Assembly (NCBI RefSeq): GCF_044704955.1
Contig: NC_091984.1
Location: 148,490,001 to 148,554,000, forward strand
Direction: 5' to 3'
DNA from: Pristiophorus japonicus
Lineage: Eukaryota
DNA: 64,000 nt
Under the pieces are notes generated by a model. That model ran no database searches, had not been told where the DNA came from, and worked only from the letters and a program-made list of their open reading frames with translations. The position numbers were made by a program, and so were the translations under genes. Shown piece after piece: positions 1 to 13,785 of the stretch (position 1 is its first letter; the number at the start of each line of letters is the position of its first letter).

Positions 1-1850
1 TGTGTCGGCACCCCCACTGTGACGGTGTGCCCAGCCAGAATACCTGTGTCTGCTCGTATATGATGGGTGGGGCAGGCCATGTGTGGATGTGAAGGTGGAA
101 ACAGTTAGGGGAAGGGATCTAGTAGATACAGGAGCCTCTAGCACGGTTGTCCACTCACCGAATCCGACCACTTCCCCGTGGTCGAGCGGAGTCCCATTCA
201 TACTGATGGGTTTTACGGGTAATGAGCAGGCTGGGGCAGTGTGGAAACCCTTAACCGTAGAGTTAGGACCGAACATAATGAAATGGGAGTTCTCGGGGCC
301 GATTGCATGTTGGCGCACCATGCCATAGTGGATATGGAAAACAATTGTCTATGGGGGGCAGTTGATGCAGATAGGATGGGAGAGATCGTAGTGATTCCTA
401 AAAGGTTCTGCAAAACCAACCATGGAGACATGTGGCAGGGAGAATGGGAAGATGCCATCATTGAAATGACCAACTGCAGCCAACAGCCTGTAAACCACGG
501 AGGATGATGGGACTCTGGCCACCCTGTACAGGCAAAATCTCCCCAGTAATACACAAGGCAACACAAAGGGTATCAGTTTGAATAATTAAACAAAGGCCCA
601 CAGGTCTGATGCAATCAGTTTGGCCAGCCCAGACAGAGTGGCACCTCTGTCAAGATAGTGAACAATCATCTTCATTCCAGACAGATGGATACACATCGAA
701 CTGCCATTCACACCCTATGAACAGACTATAAGAAAACCTGTAAAAACACACAAGGAAGTTGGAGAGGTTGGAGGTTTTGGAAGGTGGGAGAGATTTTGGA
801 GAGGGGGGAGGTTTTGGAAGTTGGAGAGCTTGGGGCTTGGAGCTGGCAGCTTGCAGCTTGTATCTGAGAGAGCTCTCTCTCCCCCTCGCTCTCGCTCCAC
901 CAGAGGAAGAAGCAGCAGTTCCACAGATGAAGCCACCGAGACTGAAAACCAGCAGGCAGTGGCAGTGACTTCCCACAGCTGAGCTGAGCAAGGAAACCAA
1001 CCAGAGGTTGGAGGTTGGAGTCAGCTTTTGGGAGTTGAGTCAGCTTTTCACAGGGCCCTCGCTCTGGGGAAGGTGTGCTTAACTCCAGCAGCTTTTTGCT
1101 TAGGAGCCAACCGAAAGGCAAAGAGAATAAACCGACGCAACATCGAGGAGGAAAACCGAACCGACCAACAACGTAAAACCCACCCCAGAGGGACCCCGAG
1201 CTGAAATAAGTGCCCCCAGAACCCCAGAGTTGATAGGATTGTGAGTGTAGCCCAAACCCCCTCACAGACACAATTTAGGACAGGAATTGGTAAGAAGGGT
1301 GGAAGTGGGAGGTGTGGTTGTGTGTGAGTGGAATGTTTTAACCTCTTATTTTCCCCTTCCCTGTTGCGAGATTTTTCGTGTTGTTGAGTGAGATTGTGCC
1401 ATTACTGCTATTTACGAACTCTTCCTATGCCCTCTATCTTGGTGTTTAATATTCTAAAAAAACAACATGAGCCATTTTGTACTTTTACCCACTGTGTCTG
1501 CTGCCTCATTACTCACCCATCCTCATAAATCTACATACAGAACCCCAAGGAGTATGGAATCGAACCCATACCCCAAGCTCCCCTTACATTCCCAGGGACA
1601 GTACAGACAAAGGCAGCATCTGCACGAAGAAGCTGAAAGGGAGTTGTGACTTTGAGGGATTAGTCGATAACATTCCGGCCCGATATCAAGGGTATGTACG
1701 GAAGAATATGGTTGCATTTGCCATGCACAAGCACGATTGCGGGAGAGTAACTGGGGTAGAGGTGAAGATAGACGGGGATCCAATGACACGGCCTCAAAAA
1801 CAGTATAATTTTCAACCTCTCCGGCCCAGAAAGGATACAACTGAAACTGT
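1..1850 (+). pseudogene. Degraded retroviral pro-pol relic (protease and RT N-terminus), interrupted by about 1 kb of non-coding, possibly LTR-like sequence
   Basis: The aspartic protease motif LVDTGASSTVV is in ORF 83..328. FAMHKHDCGRV...RPQKQY near 1710-1810 parallels LWAKHKNHVGQV...IRQY of the ERV pol in this window. Confidence 0.55.
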
Positions 1851-1854
1851 GGAG

Positions 1855-2288
1855 TCTCAGTACTGCCCCTCCGGCTGTGCAGTGTTCCCTCAGTACTTAC
1901 CCTCCGACAGTGCAGCAATACCTCAGTACTGCCGGTCGACAGTGAAGCACTCCCTCAGTACTACTCCTCCGACAGTGCGGTGCTCCCTCAGTACTGCCCC
2001 TCTGACAGTGCAGCACTTCCTCAATACTGCCCCTCCAACAGTGCAGCACTCCCTCAGTACTGCCCCTTCGACAGTGCAGCACTCCCTCAGTACTGCCCCT
2101 TCGACACTGCAGCACTCACTCAGTACTGCTCCTCTGACAGTGCAGCACTCCCTCAGTATTGCCCCTCTGACAGTGCAGCACTCCCTTAGTATTGCCCCTC
2201 CGACACTGCAGCAATCCCTCAGTACTGCCCCTCCAACAGTGCAGCAACCCCTCTGTACTGCCCCTCTGACAGTGTGGCACTCCCTCAG
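1855..2288. repeat. 33-bp minisatellite (CTCAGTACTGCCCCTCCGACAGTGCAGCACTCC), about 13 copies
   Basis: The tandem periodicity is visible and produces the repetitive HSLSTAPPTVQ translation. Confidence 0.95.
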
Positions 2289-2296
2289 GAATGCGC

Positions 2297-5200
2297 TGTT
2301 AAGTCCTGACTCTAATGTACTGATTTACACGAGACACATGCTGAAGTCAAGGTCACTCAGGACCTGCACTTTTAATTCCAGCTCTCCAGTGCTGCACTTG
2401 CCTGAGACCTCCCTTTATATACCTCAGTGGGACAGGTATGGAGTGTCTCCTGCAAGTGCACCCCTGGTGGTAAGGTATGCTTATTGTTACAGGTCATATC
2501 CAGTTGCAGTCATGTATAGCATGGTAAGATACAGTTATATACAGTAATGTGAGATACATGACATCACCCTCCCTCAAGGTCTTATTGCCTTTATAGATTC
2601 AGGCTCTCAGGTGGTCTACGCTCTAGCGTGGAGCGTCTTAATTGTGGTTCAGTTGTTTGCCTTGGTGCCTGTTTTTCGTTCGGTGTGCTTGCTGGTATCT
2701 CGCCTGGGCTGTCTGTTGAGACTGCCCTTTCCTCAGGTTGTTCCCTCTGTCTGTCCACCAGGTGTGGTGTGAGTTCCACATTGTCGTCTGCCTCTGGTTC
2801 TGCAGTGTTGATGGTGAATCTACTTTTGACTTGGTCTACATGCCTCCGGCAGGTTTGGCCATTGTCCATTTGTACCACCAGTAGCCTGTTTCCCTCTTTG
2901 TCTGTTACTGTCCCTGCAAGCCATTTGGGACCCCGGCCATAGTTTAGCACAAACACTTTGTCCCCTATCTCATTCCACCTCCCCCTCGAATTTCGGTCAT
3001 GGTACTCAGTTAGCTATTGACGCTTAGCCACAACAATTTCATGCATGTCTGGGAGGATCAACGAGAGCCTGGTCTTTAAGGTTCGTTTCATCAATAGTTG
3101 CGCGGGTGAAACCCCAGTCAATGAATGGGGATGAGATCTGTATGCCAGCAGCAGTCACGACAGGCGGCTCTGCAGCATGGGACCTTGGATTCCGAGCATG
3201 CCTTGTTTAATGATCTGCACTGCTCGCTCCGCCTGCCCATTGGCGGCCGGCTTGAAGGGTGCCGTCTTAACGTCATTTATACCGTGGTTAACTATAGAAT
3301 CGTGAAATTCTGCGCTGGTGAAGCATGGACCATTATCACTGACCAATATGTCAGGAATGCCGTGCGTTGCAAACATGGTTCTGAGGCTCTCCACAGTGGT
3401 AGAGGTGGTGCTCGAGTTTAAAATGGTGCACTCGATTCATTTTGAAAATGCATCAACGACTACGAGGAACATTTTGCCCATGAATGGACCCGTATAGTCT
3501 ACATGCACCCGCGATCACGGTTTGGTAGGCCAGGGCCTCCCTGGGGGCATTACTGAGTTGGGCACAAATGGTGCACCAACGGATGCAGAGCTCCAAGTCC
3601 GCATCAATGCCAGGCCACCAGACATGAGATCTGGCTATGGCCTTCATACGAACGATCCCTGGGTGCTCGCGATGCAGCTCCCGGTCTAACGCCTCCCTGC
3701 GTCGTAAGGGCATAACTACTCGACTGCCCCACATCAGGCAGTCTGCCTGTAGTGAGAGTTCATGCATGTGGCTATGGAAGGATTTGACCTCCTCGGGGCC
3801 GGCATCGCGAGCCTCTGCCCAGTCACCGGTTAAAACGCATCTTTTAACGAGAGATAACGTGGGGTCACTGGTTGTTCAGGCTCTGATTTGGCGAGCCGTC
3901 ATGTGCGAATCTGTGGATTCAAAGGCATTGATTGCCATGACCATCTCACAGTCCTGTTCGTCGGACCCTTCTGTGGTCACCAGGGGTAGCCTGCTAAGCG
4001 CGTCGGTACAGTGGTCTGTGCCTGGTCTGTGCCTTATTGTGTTGTCATAAGCCGCCAGCATGAGTGCCCACCGCTGAATGCGCGCCGAGGCGTTGGCGTT
4101 TATTGCCTTGCACTCGGATAGTAGGGACGTGAGGGGTTTGTGGTCGGTTTCTAACGCAAACTTGGCCCCGAAAAGGTATTGGTGCATCTTTTTGACACCA
4201 TACACGCACGCGAGCGCCTCCTTCTCAACCATACCGTAACCGCGCTCCGCCCGCGAAAGTGACCTGGAGGCACAAGCAACGGGCTACAATTTACCCGCAT
4301 CATTGACGTGCTGTAAAACGCACCCGACCCCGTTCGCTGACGCATCACACGTAAGGACTAGCATTTTACCTGGGTCAAAAAAGGCTAAAACACTCTTGGA
4401 ACACAGAAGGTTGCGTGCCTTATTGAAAGTGCATTCTTGGGCGTCCCCCCAAAACCAATCGCACCCCTTTCTGAGTAGCACGTGGAGAGGCTTCAGCAGC
4501 GTGCTCAACTTCTGCATAAAGTTCCCAAAGTAATTGAGTAGCCCGAGAAAGGCGCGTAGTTCCGAGACATTCCGGGGCCTGGTTGCAAGGCGAATCGCTT
4601 CGATTTTGGATTCGGTTGGGCGGACTTCATCAGCGGCAATCCTTCTGCCCAAAAATTCAACCTCAGGTGTGAGAAACAGACACTTGGATTTCTTAACTTT
4701 TAGGCCTACCCGATCCAATCGACTTAGTACTTCCTCAAGATGGCGGAGATGAGAGTCGGTGCCCCTGCCCGGGATGAGTATGTCATCTTGAAACACAACC
4801 ATCCTCGGGATGGACTTGAGCAGACTCTCCATGTTGCACTGGAATATAGCAGCTGCCGACCTGATGCCGAATGGGCATCAATTGTACACAAAAAGATCGT
4901 GATGTGTGTTGATGGTGGTGAGTAGCTTAGACTCTTCGGTCAGTTCTTGCGTCATATACGCAGATGTGAGGTCAAGTTTCGAGGAAAGTTTTCCTCCAGT
5001 CAACGTGGCAAATAGGTCCTCCGCTCTGGGCAGCGGGTATTGGTCCTATAGGGAGACTCTGTTTATGGTAGACTTGTAATACCCACAGATTCGCACGGAT
5101 CCATCAGGCTTCATGGCAGGGACGATGGGGCTTGCCCAGTCACTGAATTCCACGGGAGAAATTCCGCCTTCCCGCAGAAGCCGGTCCAGTTCGTTTTCAA

Positions 5201-7025
5201 TCTTTTCCCTCATCACATAAGGCACAGCTCTAGCCTTGTGATGGACTGGTCTGGCATTCTGTGTGATGCAGATTCTAACTTTAGCCCCTTTGAAGGTGCC
5301 CACACCTGGCTGAAAGAGATGTTCAAAACGGCTTAGAACTGTTGAGCAGGTGGTCCATTCCTCTGACGACATGGCGTGAACATCATCCCATTTCCAATTA
5401 AGTTCTGCTAGCCAGCTTCTCCCCAACAGGGCTGGGAGATCCCCAGGGACAATCCACAGGGAAAGTTGGTTCACCATCTCTTTGTGTGTGGCTGAGAGCA
5501 TGGCGCTGCCAAGGACGAACGATTTCTTTAGTATAGGTCCTTAGTTTGGTGTCGATCCTTGTGAGTTTTGGTCTGTTGCTTTTGTGCAGCCACAGCTGTT
5601 CAATTTGTTGAACGCTCATGAGAGATTGACTGACCCCCGTGTCCAGTTCCATGTTGACGGGTATCCCGTTGAGTAGAACCCTCATCATAATTGGAGGCGT
5701 CTTGGTGTGAGAACAGTGGACATTGATCGTGTTAACCCGCTGTACCTCGGCGCCCCGTGCACTGTTCCAACCATCTGCTGGTCCGCTTTCCGACCCTTCT
5801 GATTCGTATACCAGCCGAGCTGCTGTTTTACTGCACATGCGAGCCAGATGCCCTGTGTTGTTGCAGTTTCTGCAAACGGCATGCTGAAATCGACACACCC
5901 TGGTTGAGTGCCTTCCCAATCTCCAACACAGACCGTTTCCATTGTTTCCGAAGGATGAGCTGCGTCTGGCTGATCTCCCTTGAGCTTCTCTCAATCTGTT
6001 GTTGATTTCTCGCATTGTGTGTTGATGAGGTGTGATCGGCCGTTCATGTGGTCCTTCATTTTGATGGCTTGTGGTGCCACTGTCTGCTGTTGAAGGCCTG
6101 CTCTCCTGCCTTTGTCTGTGTGTGGGGGTTGCGGTTTATATCACAATGTGAACCTCTTGTTCCGATGCCTCGTTGATTGTCGTACCCGAAGAAAAAATCA
6201 GCCTCGTTTCTTCTTCGCCTGCCAAGAATGTCTGTGCGACCAGTGCTGCTGTCTCTAGAGTCAAGTTCTTAGTCTCAATAAGCTTTCGGAATATGCCTGC
6301 GTGGCCTATTCCTTCAATAAAAAAATCTCTCAGTACTTCTCTCCTTAGTTCATTGGGGAACTCACATGAACTAGCCAGCCTCCGAAGTTCCGCCACGAAG
6401 TCGGGTATGCTTTGGCCCACACAGCGTCTGTAGTTGTAGAACCTGTGTCTGGCCATGTGGAGGTTGCTCACTGGCTTCAGGTGGTCTCTCACCAGTGTGC
6501 TCAACTCCTCAAACGACTTGCTTGCTGGTTTCTCGGGTGCCAGCAGGTTTTTCATTAAAGCGTATGTTTTCGAGCCACAGCTGGTCAAGAGATGGGCTCT
6601 TATCTTGTCTGTCTTACCATCGCCTAGCCAGTCTTTGGTCACAAAGATTTGCTGGAACATTTCTATAAAGTTATCCCAATTATCTCCAACATTGTATTTC
6701 TCATCTGAGCTGTTGGTAGCCATTCTGTGGATTCTGTGATCCCATAACTCGTCGCCACTGTTAAGTCCTGACTCTAATGTACTGACTTACACAAGACACA
6801 TGCTGAAGTCAAGGTCACTCAGGACCTGCACCTTTAATTCCAGCTCTCCAGTGCTGCACTTGCCTGAGACCTCCCTTTATATACCTCAGTGGGACAGGTA
6901 TGGAGTGTCTCCTGCAAGTGCACACCTGGTGGTAAGGTATGCTTATTGTTACAGGTCTTATCCAGTTGCAGTCAGGTATAGCATGGTAAGATACAGTTAT
7001 ATACAGTAATGTGAGATACATGACA
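2297..7025 (-). mobile_element. Gypsy LTR retrotransposon, full-length but frameshifted. 3'LTR 2297-2563, 5'LTR 6759-7025; gag-PR-RT-RNaseH-IN
   Basis: Two 267-bp TG...CA LTRs with 6 differences. PBS TGGCGACGAG (6748-6757, tRNA-Ser-like). Purine tract next to the 3'LTR. Motifs LDTG, FQDD, CDAS, TDHKPL and SDNGP. Confidence 0.95.
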
Positions 7026-7029
7026 TACA

Positions 7030-9790
7030 TAGTAGTGTCAGTCTTTATTTTGCACTCAGGCCATGAGATAAGGAGTCGGGCAACGTCGGTGAGAGATGAC
7101 AGTCCAGGGTCGGTGAGAGGCCAAGAAAAGGCATGCCAGTGCAACTACAGGAAGAAGGCAAAAAAGAAGTAGAAAGAAATACAAAGGTGATGTCACAGCC
7201 AAGGGGGTAAATGATGGTGACTGGTAAGTAGTTTTTCTTTTTCTCTTCTATTTCACTGAGTAACTTTTAGCATTGTTGTTGCCAATTTAAGTTAATCTAA
7301 GGGTTAAGTCATGGCAGGAGAGCTCGGACACGTGTTATGCTCCTCCTGTACTCTGTGGGAAATCAGGGACTGAAGACTACGTGTGCGGGAAGTGTATCCA
7401 CCTCCAGCTCCTGACGGACCGCGTTGCGGAATTGGAGCTGAGGGTGGATTCATTCTGGAGCATCCACGATGCTGAGAATAACATGAATAGCACGTTTAGT
7501 GAGTTGGTCTTATGGCAGGTGAAGGGTCCACAGCCAGAAGACCAAAATAGACAGCAAGGCATTTTGGCAGTGCTAAATGATATATACTTCAATGCAAGAA
7601 GTATAGGGAATAAGGCAGATGAGCTGAGAGCACAGATAGACACTTGGGAGTACGATATTATAGCTATTACTGAGACATAGCTGAAAGAAGGGCAAGTATG
7701 ACAGCTCAACATTCCTGGTTACAGGGTTTTCAGACGGGATAGAGAGGGGATAAAAAAGGAGGGGGTCGCAGTTGTGAAACAATTGAAAGAAACAATTACA
7801 GCTGTGAGGAGGGATGATATGTCGGAAGGATCATCAAATGAGGCCATATAGGTCGAATTGAAGAACGAAAAAGGGGTAATCACACTGCTGGGAGTGTACT
7901 ATAGACCCCCAAACAGTCAGAGGGAGAGAGAAGAGCAAATATGTAGGCACATTTGTGAAAAGTGCAAAAACTATAGGGCAGTAATAGTAGGGGATTTCAA
8001 CTACCCGAATATTAACTGGGATAAAATTAGTGTGAAAGGTATAGAGGGTGCGGAATTCCTAAAATGCATTCAGGAGAACTTTTTTAGCCAGAATGTAACA
8101 AGCCCAACAAGGGAGGGGACGGTTCTGGACTTGGTTTTGGGGAATGAAGAGGGCAGGTGGAAGGGGTATCAGTGGGAGAGCATTTTGGTGCTAGTGATCA
8201 TAATTCAGTTAGATTTAGGGTACTTACGGAAAAGGACAAAGATAGACCAGGAATAAAAGTTCTCAATTGGGGAAAAGCCAATTTTGCTGAGCTGTGATGA
8301 GATTTGGCCAAAGTGGACTGGAAACGGCTACTTGAAGGTAAATCAGTGTCAGAGCAGTGGGAGGCATTCAAGGAGGAAATCTTGTGGTTTCAGAGTAAGT
8401 CTGTTCCCTTAAAGAAAAAGGGTGGGGCTAACAAATCTGGAGGCCCCTGGATGTCAAGGGAAATACAGTGTCGTAAAAGTAGAAAAGGGAGGCTTATGAC
8501 AGATACCGAGGGCTCAATACTGCAGGAACTTTAGAGGAGTATAGAAAGTGCAGGGGTGCAATTAAAAAGGAAATTAGGAAAGCAAAGAGAGAGCATGAAA
8601 ACATTTTGGCAAGTAAAATCAAGGAAAACCCAAAGAAGTTTTATAAATACATTAAGAGCAAGAGGATAATTAAAGAAAGAGTAGGGCCTATTAGAGACCA
8701 TAAAGGTAATCTGTGTGTGGAGACGTAAGACGTGGATATGATTCTCAATGAATACTTTGCATCTGTTTTCACAAAAGAGAGGGGCGATGCAGACATTGCA
8801 ATGAGGGAGGAGGAGTGTGAAATATTAGATGAACTAAACATAGTGAGAGAAGAGGTATTCAGGGGCTTAGCAGCTTTGAAAGTGGATAAATCCCCAGGGC
8901 CTGATCAAATGTATCCCAGGCTGTTAAGAGAAGCAAAAGAAGAAATAGCAGAGGCTCTGATCATCATTTTCCAAGTACTGGAGGGCTGCTAATGTTGTAC
9001 CTTTGTTTAAATAAGGGAGAAAGGGATAGACCGAGTAATTACAGGGCAGTCAGCCTGACCTCATGGTGGGAAAATTATTGGAAAAAACCCTGAGAGACAG
9101 GATAAATCTTCATTTAGAAAGACACGGATTAATCAAGGACAGTCAGCATGGATTTGTTAAGGGTAGATCGTGTCTGACTGACTTAATTGAATTCATCGAG
9201 GAAGTAATAAGAAGTGTCAAAGAGGTTCGTGCGTTTGATGTAGTGTATATGGATTTTAGCAAGACTTTTGATAAGGTCCTACATTACAGAATGGTCATGA
9301 AAGTAAAAGCCCATGGGATCCAGGGCAAAGTGGCAAGTTGGATCCAAAATTGGCTCAGAGGCAGGAAGCAAAGGGTAATAGCTGATGGGTATTTTTGTGA
9401 TTGGAAGGCTGTTTCCAGTGGGGTTCCGCAGGGCTCAGTACAAGGTCCCTTGCTTTTTGTGGTATATATCAACGATTTAAAGTTGAATTTTGCAGGTATG
9501 ATAAAGAAGTTTGCAGATGCTACGAAAATCGGCCTTGTAGTTAATAATGAAGAAGATAGCTGTAGGCTGCAGGAAGATATCAATTAAATGGTCAGGTGGG
9601 CAGAACAGTGGCAAATGGAATTTAATCCAGAGAAGTGTGAGGTCATGCATTTGACGAGGGCTAACAAGGCAAAGGAATATACATTAACTGGTAGGAAACT
9701 GAGAGGTGTAGAGGAACAAAGGGACCTGGGTTTGCATGTCCACAGATCCCTGAAGGTAGCAGGCCAGGTAGATGGGTTTTTACGACAATC
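7030..9790 (+). mobile_element. CR1 LINE, degraded (ORF1 zinc-finger remnant, APE endonuclease, RT)
   Basis: Motifs CGKCIHLQLL, YYRPP, GDFNYPNINW, SQHGFVKGRSC, GVPQGSV and KFADATK. Confidence 0.9.
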
Positions 9791-10084
9791 TGGCAGTTTC
9801 ATGGTCACCATTACTGACACAAGCTTTTTATTCCAGATTTATTTAATTAACTGAATTTAAATTCCCCAGCTGCCGTGGTGGGATTTGAACTCATGTCTCT
9901 GGATCATTAGTCAAGACCATAGTAGTCCATAGCTTTGTCAAAGAGCCAACACAGGTTTGACAGGCTGAATAGCCTCCCACTGTGCTGGGAGATGCTGTGA
10001 TTAAGGAGCGGGGCTCCAGCTAGCGTCAGCAATGTGGGTTCAAGGGTTGAAATCAGGGGTTTGGGTGGAGCCCATATAGATGTA

Positions 10085-10098
10085 CCACAAGGGGGCGC
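10085..10098 (+). promoter_or_regulatory. CTCF-like motif CCACAAGGGGGCGC
   Basis: Close match to the CTCF core consensus, in a short non-repeat island. Confidence 0.4.
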
Positions 10099-10204
10099 TA
10101 CAGCATCGATTGATCCAATTATTGGCAGCGGGGAAACCGGGGATGGAAATAGATTCAATAAAATGTATGCTACGACTTTTAAAGTGGTCAACACCACCAG
10201 CACG

Positions 10205-10993
10205 ATCATAGAATCACAGAAAATTACAGCACGGAAGGAGGCCATTTTGGTCCATCGTGTCCGCGCCGGCCAACAAAGAGCTACCCAGCCGAATCCCACT
10301 TTCCAGCTCTGGGTCCGTAGCCCTGTGAGTTACGGCACTTTAAGGGCACATCCAAGTACTTTTTAAACGTGATGAGGGTTTCTGCCTCTCCCACCCTTTC
10401 AGGAAGTGAGTTCCAGACCCCCACCACCCTCTGGGTGAAGACTTGTTTCCTCACCTCCCCTCTAAACCTTCCAACAATTACTTTAAATCTATGCCCCCTG
10501 GTTGTTGACCCCTCTGCTAAGGGAAATGGGTCCATTCTATCCACTCTATCTCAGCCCCTCATCATTTTATACACCTCAATAAGATCTCCCCTCAGCCTCC
10601 TCTGTTCCAAGGAAAACACCACCAGCAGATCCAATCTTTGTTCATAGCTAAAATTCTCCAGTCCTGGCAACATCCTCGTGAATCTCCTCTGTACCCTCTC
10701 GAGTGCAATTATATCTTTCCTGTAATGTGGTGACCAGAACTGCATGCAGTACTCTAGCTGTGGCCTAACTAGTGTTTTATACAGGTCAAGCATAACCTCC
10801 CTGTTTTTATATTCTCTACCTCGGCAAATAAAGGCAAGTATTCTGAGTGCCTTTTTAAGCACCTTATCGACCTGGCCTGCTACCTTCAGGGATCTGTGGA
10901 CATGCACTCCAAGGTCCCTCCGTTTCTCCACCCCTCTCAGTACCCTCCCATTTATTGTGTATTCCCTTGCCTTTTTGCCCCTCCCCAAATGCA
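10205..10993 (-). mobile_element. CR1 LINE 3' fragment
   Basis: RT C-terminus [20 protein letters not shown]...FTQRVVGVWNSLP plus the 3' UTR. Confidence 0.9.
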
Positions 10994-11184
10994 TTGGAAC
11001 AAGGCTGCAGTTAGAGCAACCTTTCCACCCGCTGACAGCGTTCACTGAGTCTGACTCATGGCATCGATCAACTGGACATTGATCTGGAAACACCAGCCCC
11101 CTGGTGAGGGAATCAAGGCTCTGATGCGACTGATAAAAGTCAAGATGAGGTTGCGGAGAGGGACACAGCTGCTGCTGGGCACAA

Positions 11185-11692
11185 TGAACAGGAGGAGGCC
11201 ATTCAGCTCCTCGAGCCTGTTCCCCCATTCAATCAGATCACGGCTCATCTGTATCTGAACTCCATCTACCCACCTTGGTTCCGCAAGTTCCAAGTCCCAT
11301 ACTCTCCAGAGTTTAGAAGAATGAGAGGGGATCTCATTGAAACATACACAATTCTGACAAGGCTGGACAGGGTAGATGCAGGGAGGATGTTTCCTCTGGC
11401 TGGGGTGTCTAGAACCAGGGGTCACAGTCTCAGAATAAGGGGTAGGCCATTTCGGAGTGAGATGTGGAGAAATTTCTTCACTCAGAGGGTGGTGAATCTC
11501 TGGAATTCTCTACCCCAGAGGGCTGTGGAGGCTCAGTCCTTGAGTATATTCAAGATGGAGATCAATAAATTTTTGAATATTAAGGGAATCAAGGGATATG
11601 GGGACAGTGCAGGAAAGTGGAGTTGAGGTAGAAGATCAGCCATGATCTCATTGAATGGCGGAGCAGGCTCGAGGGGCCAAATGGCCTATTCC
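11185..11692 (+). mobile_element. CR1 LINE 3' fragments (short inverted piece followed by a + strand 3' end)
   Basis: RMRGDLIETY...FTQRVVNLWNSLP and a CR1 tail. Confidence 0.85.
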
Positions 11693-11929
11693 GGCTTGGG
11701 AGGGGCGGAGGGGATGGGAGGGGGGAGGAGAGGTGTGTGAGGTAGGGGTGCAGGAAGATTGGGAGGGAGTAGTGGGTGAGGGATAGGGGTGTTTGAATAG
11801 CAGGGAGGGATGGTGAGGGAGGGGTGTGAGGAGGGCGGGAGTGAGGGAGGAGAGGGAGGGAGGCGGGGGTGCTGCTCGTTGGTGGTAGGGGGGAGGGTAG
11901 TGACAGACATTGGCTTCCGGTCAAGCAAC

Positions 11930-12330
11930 ACCTTGATTTTTTAAATTCTCATCCTTGATTTCAAATCCCTCCATGACCTCGCCCATCCCTATCTCTGTGA
12001 TCTCCTCCAGCCCCACAACCTCCCGAGATGTCTGTGCTCCTCCAATTCTGCCCTCCTGAGCATCCCTGATTGTAATCGCTCAACTATTGGTGGCCGTGCC
12101 TTCTGTTGCCGAGACCCCAGCTCTGGAACTCCCTTCCCTAAACCTCTCTGCCTCTCTACCTCTCTTTCCTCCTTGAAGACACTCCTTAAAACATCCCTCT
12201 TTGCTCACTTATACTAATTTCTTCTTATGTGACTCGGTGTCAAATTTTGTATCTCATAATACTCCTGGGAATTGCCTTGGGACATTTCTCTACGTAAATG
12301 GCGCTATATAAATACAGGTTGTTGTTGTTG
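11930..12330 (+). mobile_element. L2-like LINE 3' end
   Basis: GGRAF...P.LWNSLP-type coding remnant ending in GCGCTATATAAATACAGG(TTG)n. Confidence 0.55.
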
Positions 12331-12394
12331 AATGGACGGAAAATCTGGTATTCTGGATGTCACCGCACCTTTTAACGCCCTCTCCAAAGCACGC

Positions 12395-13785
12395 ACAGCA
12401 AATGTAACACCCCTATTTAAAAAAGGAGACAGACAGAAAGCAGGAAACGATAGACCAGTTAGCCTAACATCTGTCGTTGGGAAAATGCTGGAGTCCATTA
12501 TTAAGGAAGCAATAGCAGGACATTTGGAAAAGCATAGTTCAATCAAGCAGAGTCAGCACGGTTTTATGAAAGGGAAATCATGTTTGACAAATTTACTGGA
12601 ATTCTTGGAGGATGTAATGAGCAGGGTGGATAAAGGGGAACCAGTGGATGTGGTGTATTTGGATTTCCAGAAGGCATTCAATAAGGTGCCACATAAAAGG
12701 CACAAGATAAAAGTTCACGGGGTTGGGGATAATATATTAGCATGGATAGAGGATTGGCTAACTAACACAAAACAGAGAGTCAGGTTAAATGGGTTATGTT
12801 CCCGTTGCCAAACGGTAACTTGTGGGGTGCCACAGGGATCGGTGCTGGGGTCTCAATTATTTACAATCTATATTAATGACAAAGGGATCGAGTGTAAAGT
12901 AACCACGTTTGCTGGGAGGACAGAGGCACCAACATTAGCGTCCTCGACCAGTCCAACATCCCCAGCATTGAAGCACTGACCACACTTGATCAGCTCCACT
13001 GGGCAGGCCACATTGTCCGCATGCCAGACACGAGACTCCCAAAGCAAACGCTCTACTCGGAACTCCTTCACGGCAAACGAGCCAAAGGTGGGCAGAGGAA
13101 AGTTACAAGGACACACTCAAAGCCTCCCTGATAATGTGCAACTTCCCCACTGACACCTGGGAGTCCCTGGCCAAAGACCGCCCCCAGTGGAGGAAGTGTA
13201 TCCGGGAGGGCGCTGAGCACCTCGAGACTCATCGCCGAGAGCATGCAGAAATCAAATGCAGGCAGCGGAAGGATTGCGCATCAAATCTGTCCCACCCACC
13301 CTTACCCTCAACAACTATCTGTCTCACCTGTGGCAGGGACTGTGGTTCTCGTATTGGACTGTTCAGCCACCGAACGACTCATTCTCAGAGTAGAAGCAAG
13401 TCTTCCTCGATTCCGAGGGACTGCCAATGATGATGGATGGGAAAGCAAATTGTGAGGAGGACAGAAGAAATCTGCAAAGGGATATAGACAGGCTAAATGA
13501 GTGGGCAAAAAGTTGGGAGATGGAGTGTAATGTGGGAAAATGTGATGTTATCCACTTTGGCATAAAGAATAGGAAAGCAGTTTATTTTTTAAATGGAGAA
13601 AAAATTGCAAGCTATTGCAGTACAGAGGCACCTGGGGGTCCTTGTGCATGAAACACAAAAAGTTAGTATGCAGGTACAGCAAGTGATCAGGAAAGCTAAT
13701 GGAATGTTGCCCTTTATTGTCAGGGGGATGGAGTATAAAAGCAGAGAAGTCCTGCTACATCTGTACAGGGTATTGGTGAGACCCC
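12395..13785 (+). mobile_element. CR1 RT fragment interrupted by an RTE-clade LINE 3' end (about 12915-13436)
   Basis: CR1 motifs lie on both sides. The insert encodes LHWAGHIVRMPDTRLPKQ and a CxxCGRDCGSRIGLFSH zinc finger, and ends in (ATG)n. Confidence 0.85.

Noticed and set aside
520-1540. Defined solo LTR inside the left pol relic
   Set aside because: The composition is LTR-like, but I could not find matching termini with a TSD.
1477-2547. 356-aa ORF as a real gene
   Set aside because: It is a chance read-through across a pol relic, a 33-bp minisatellite and an LTR.
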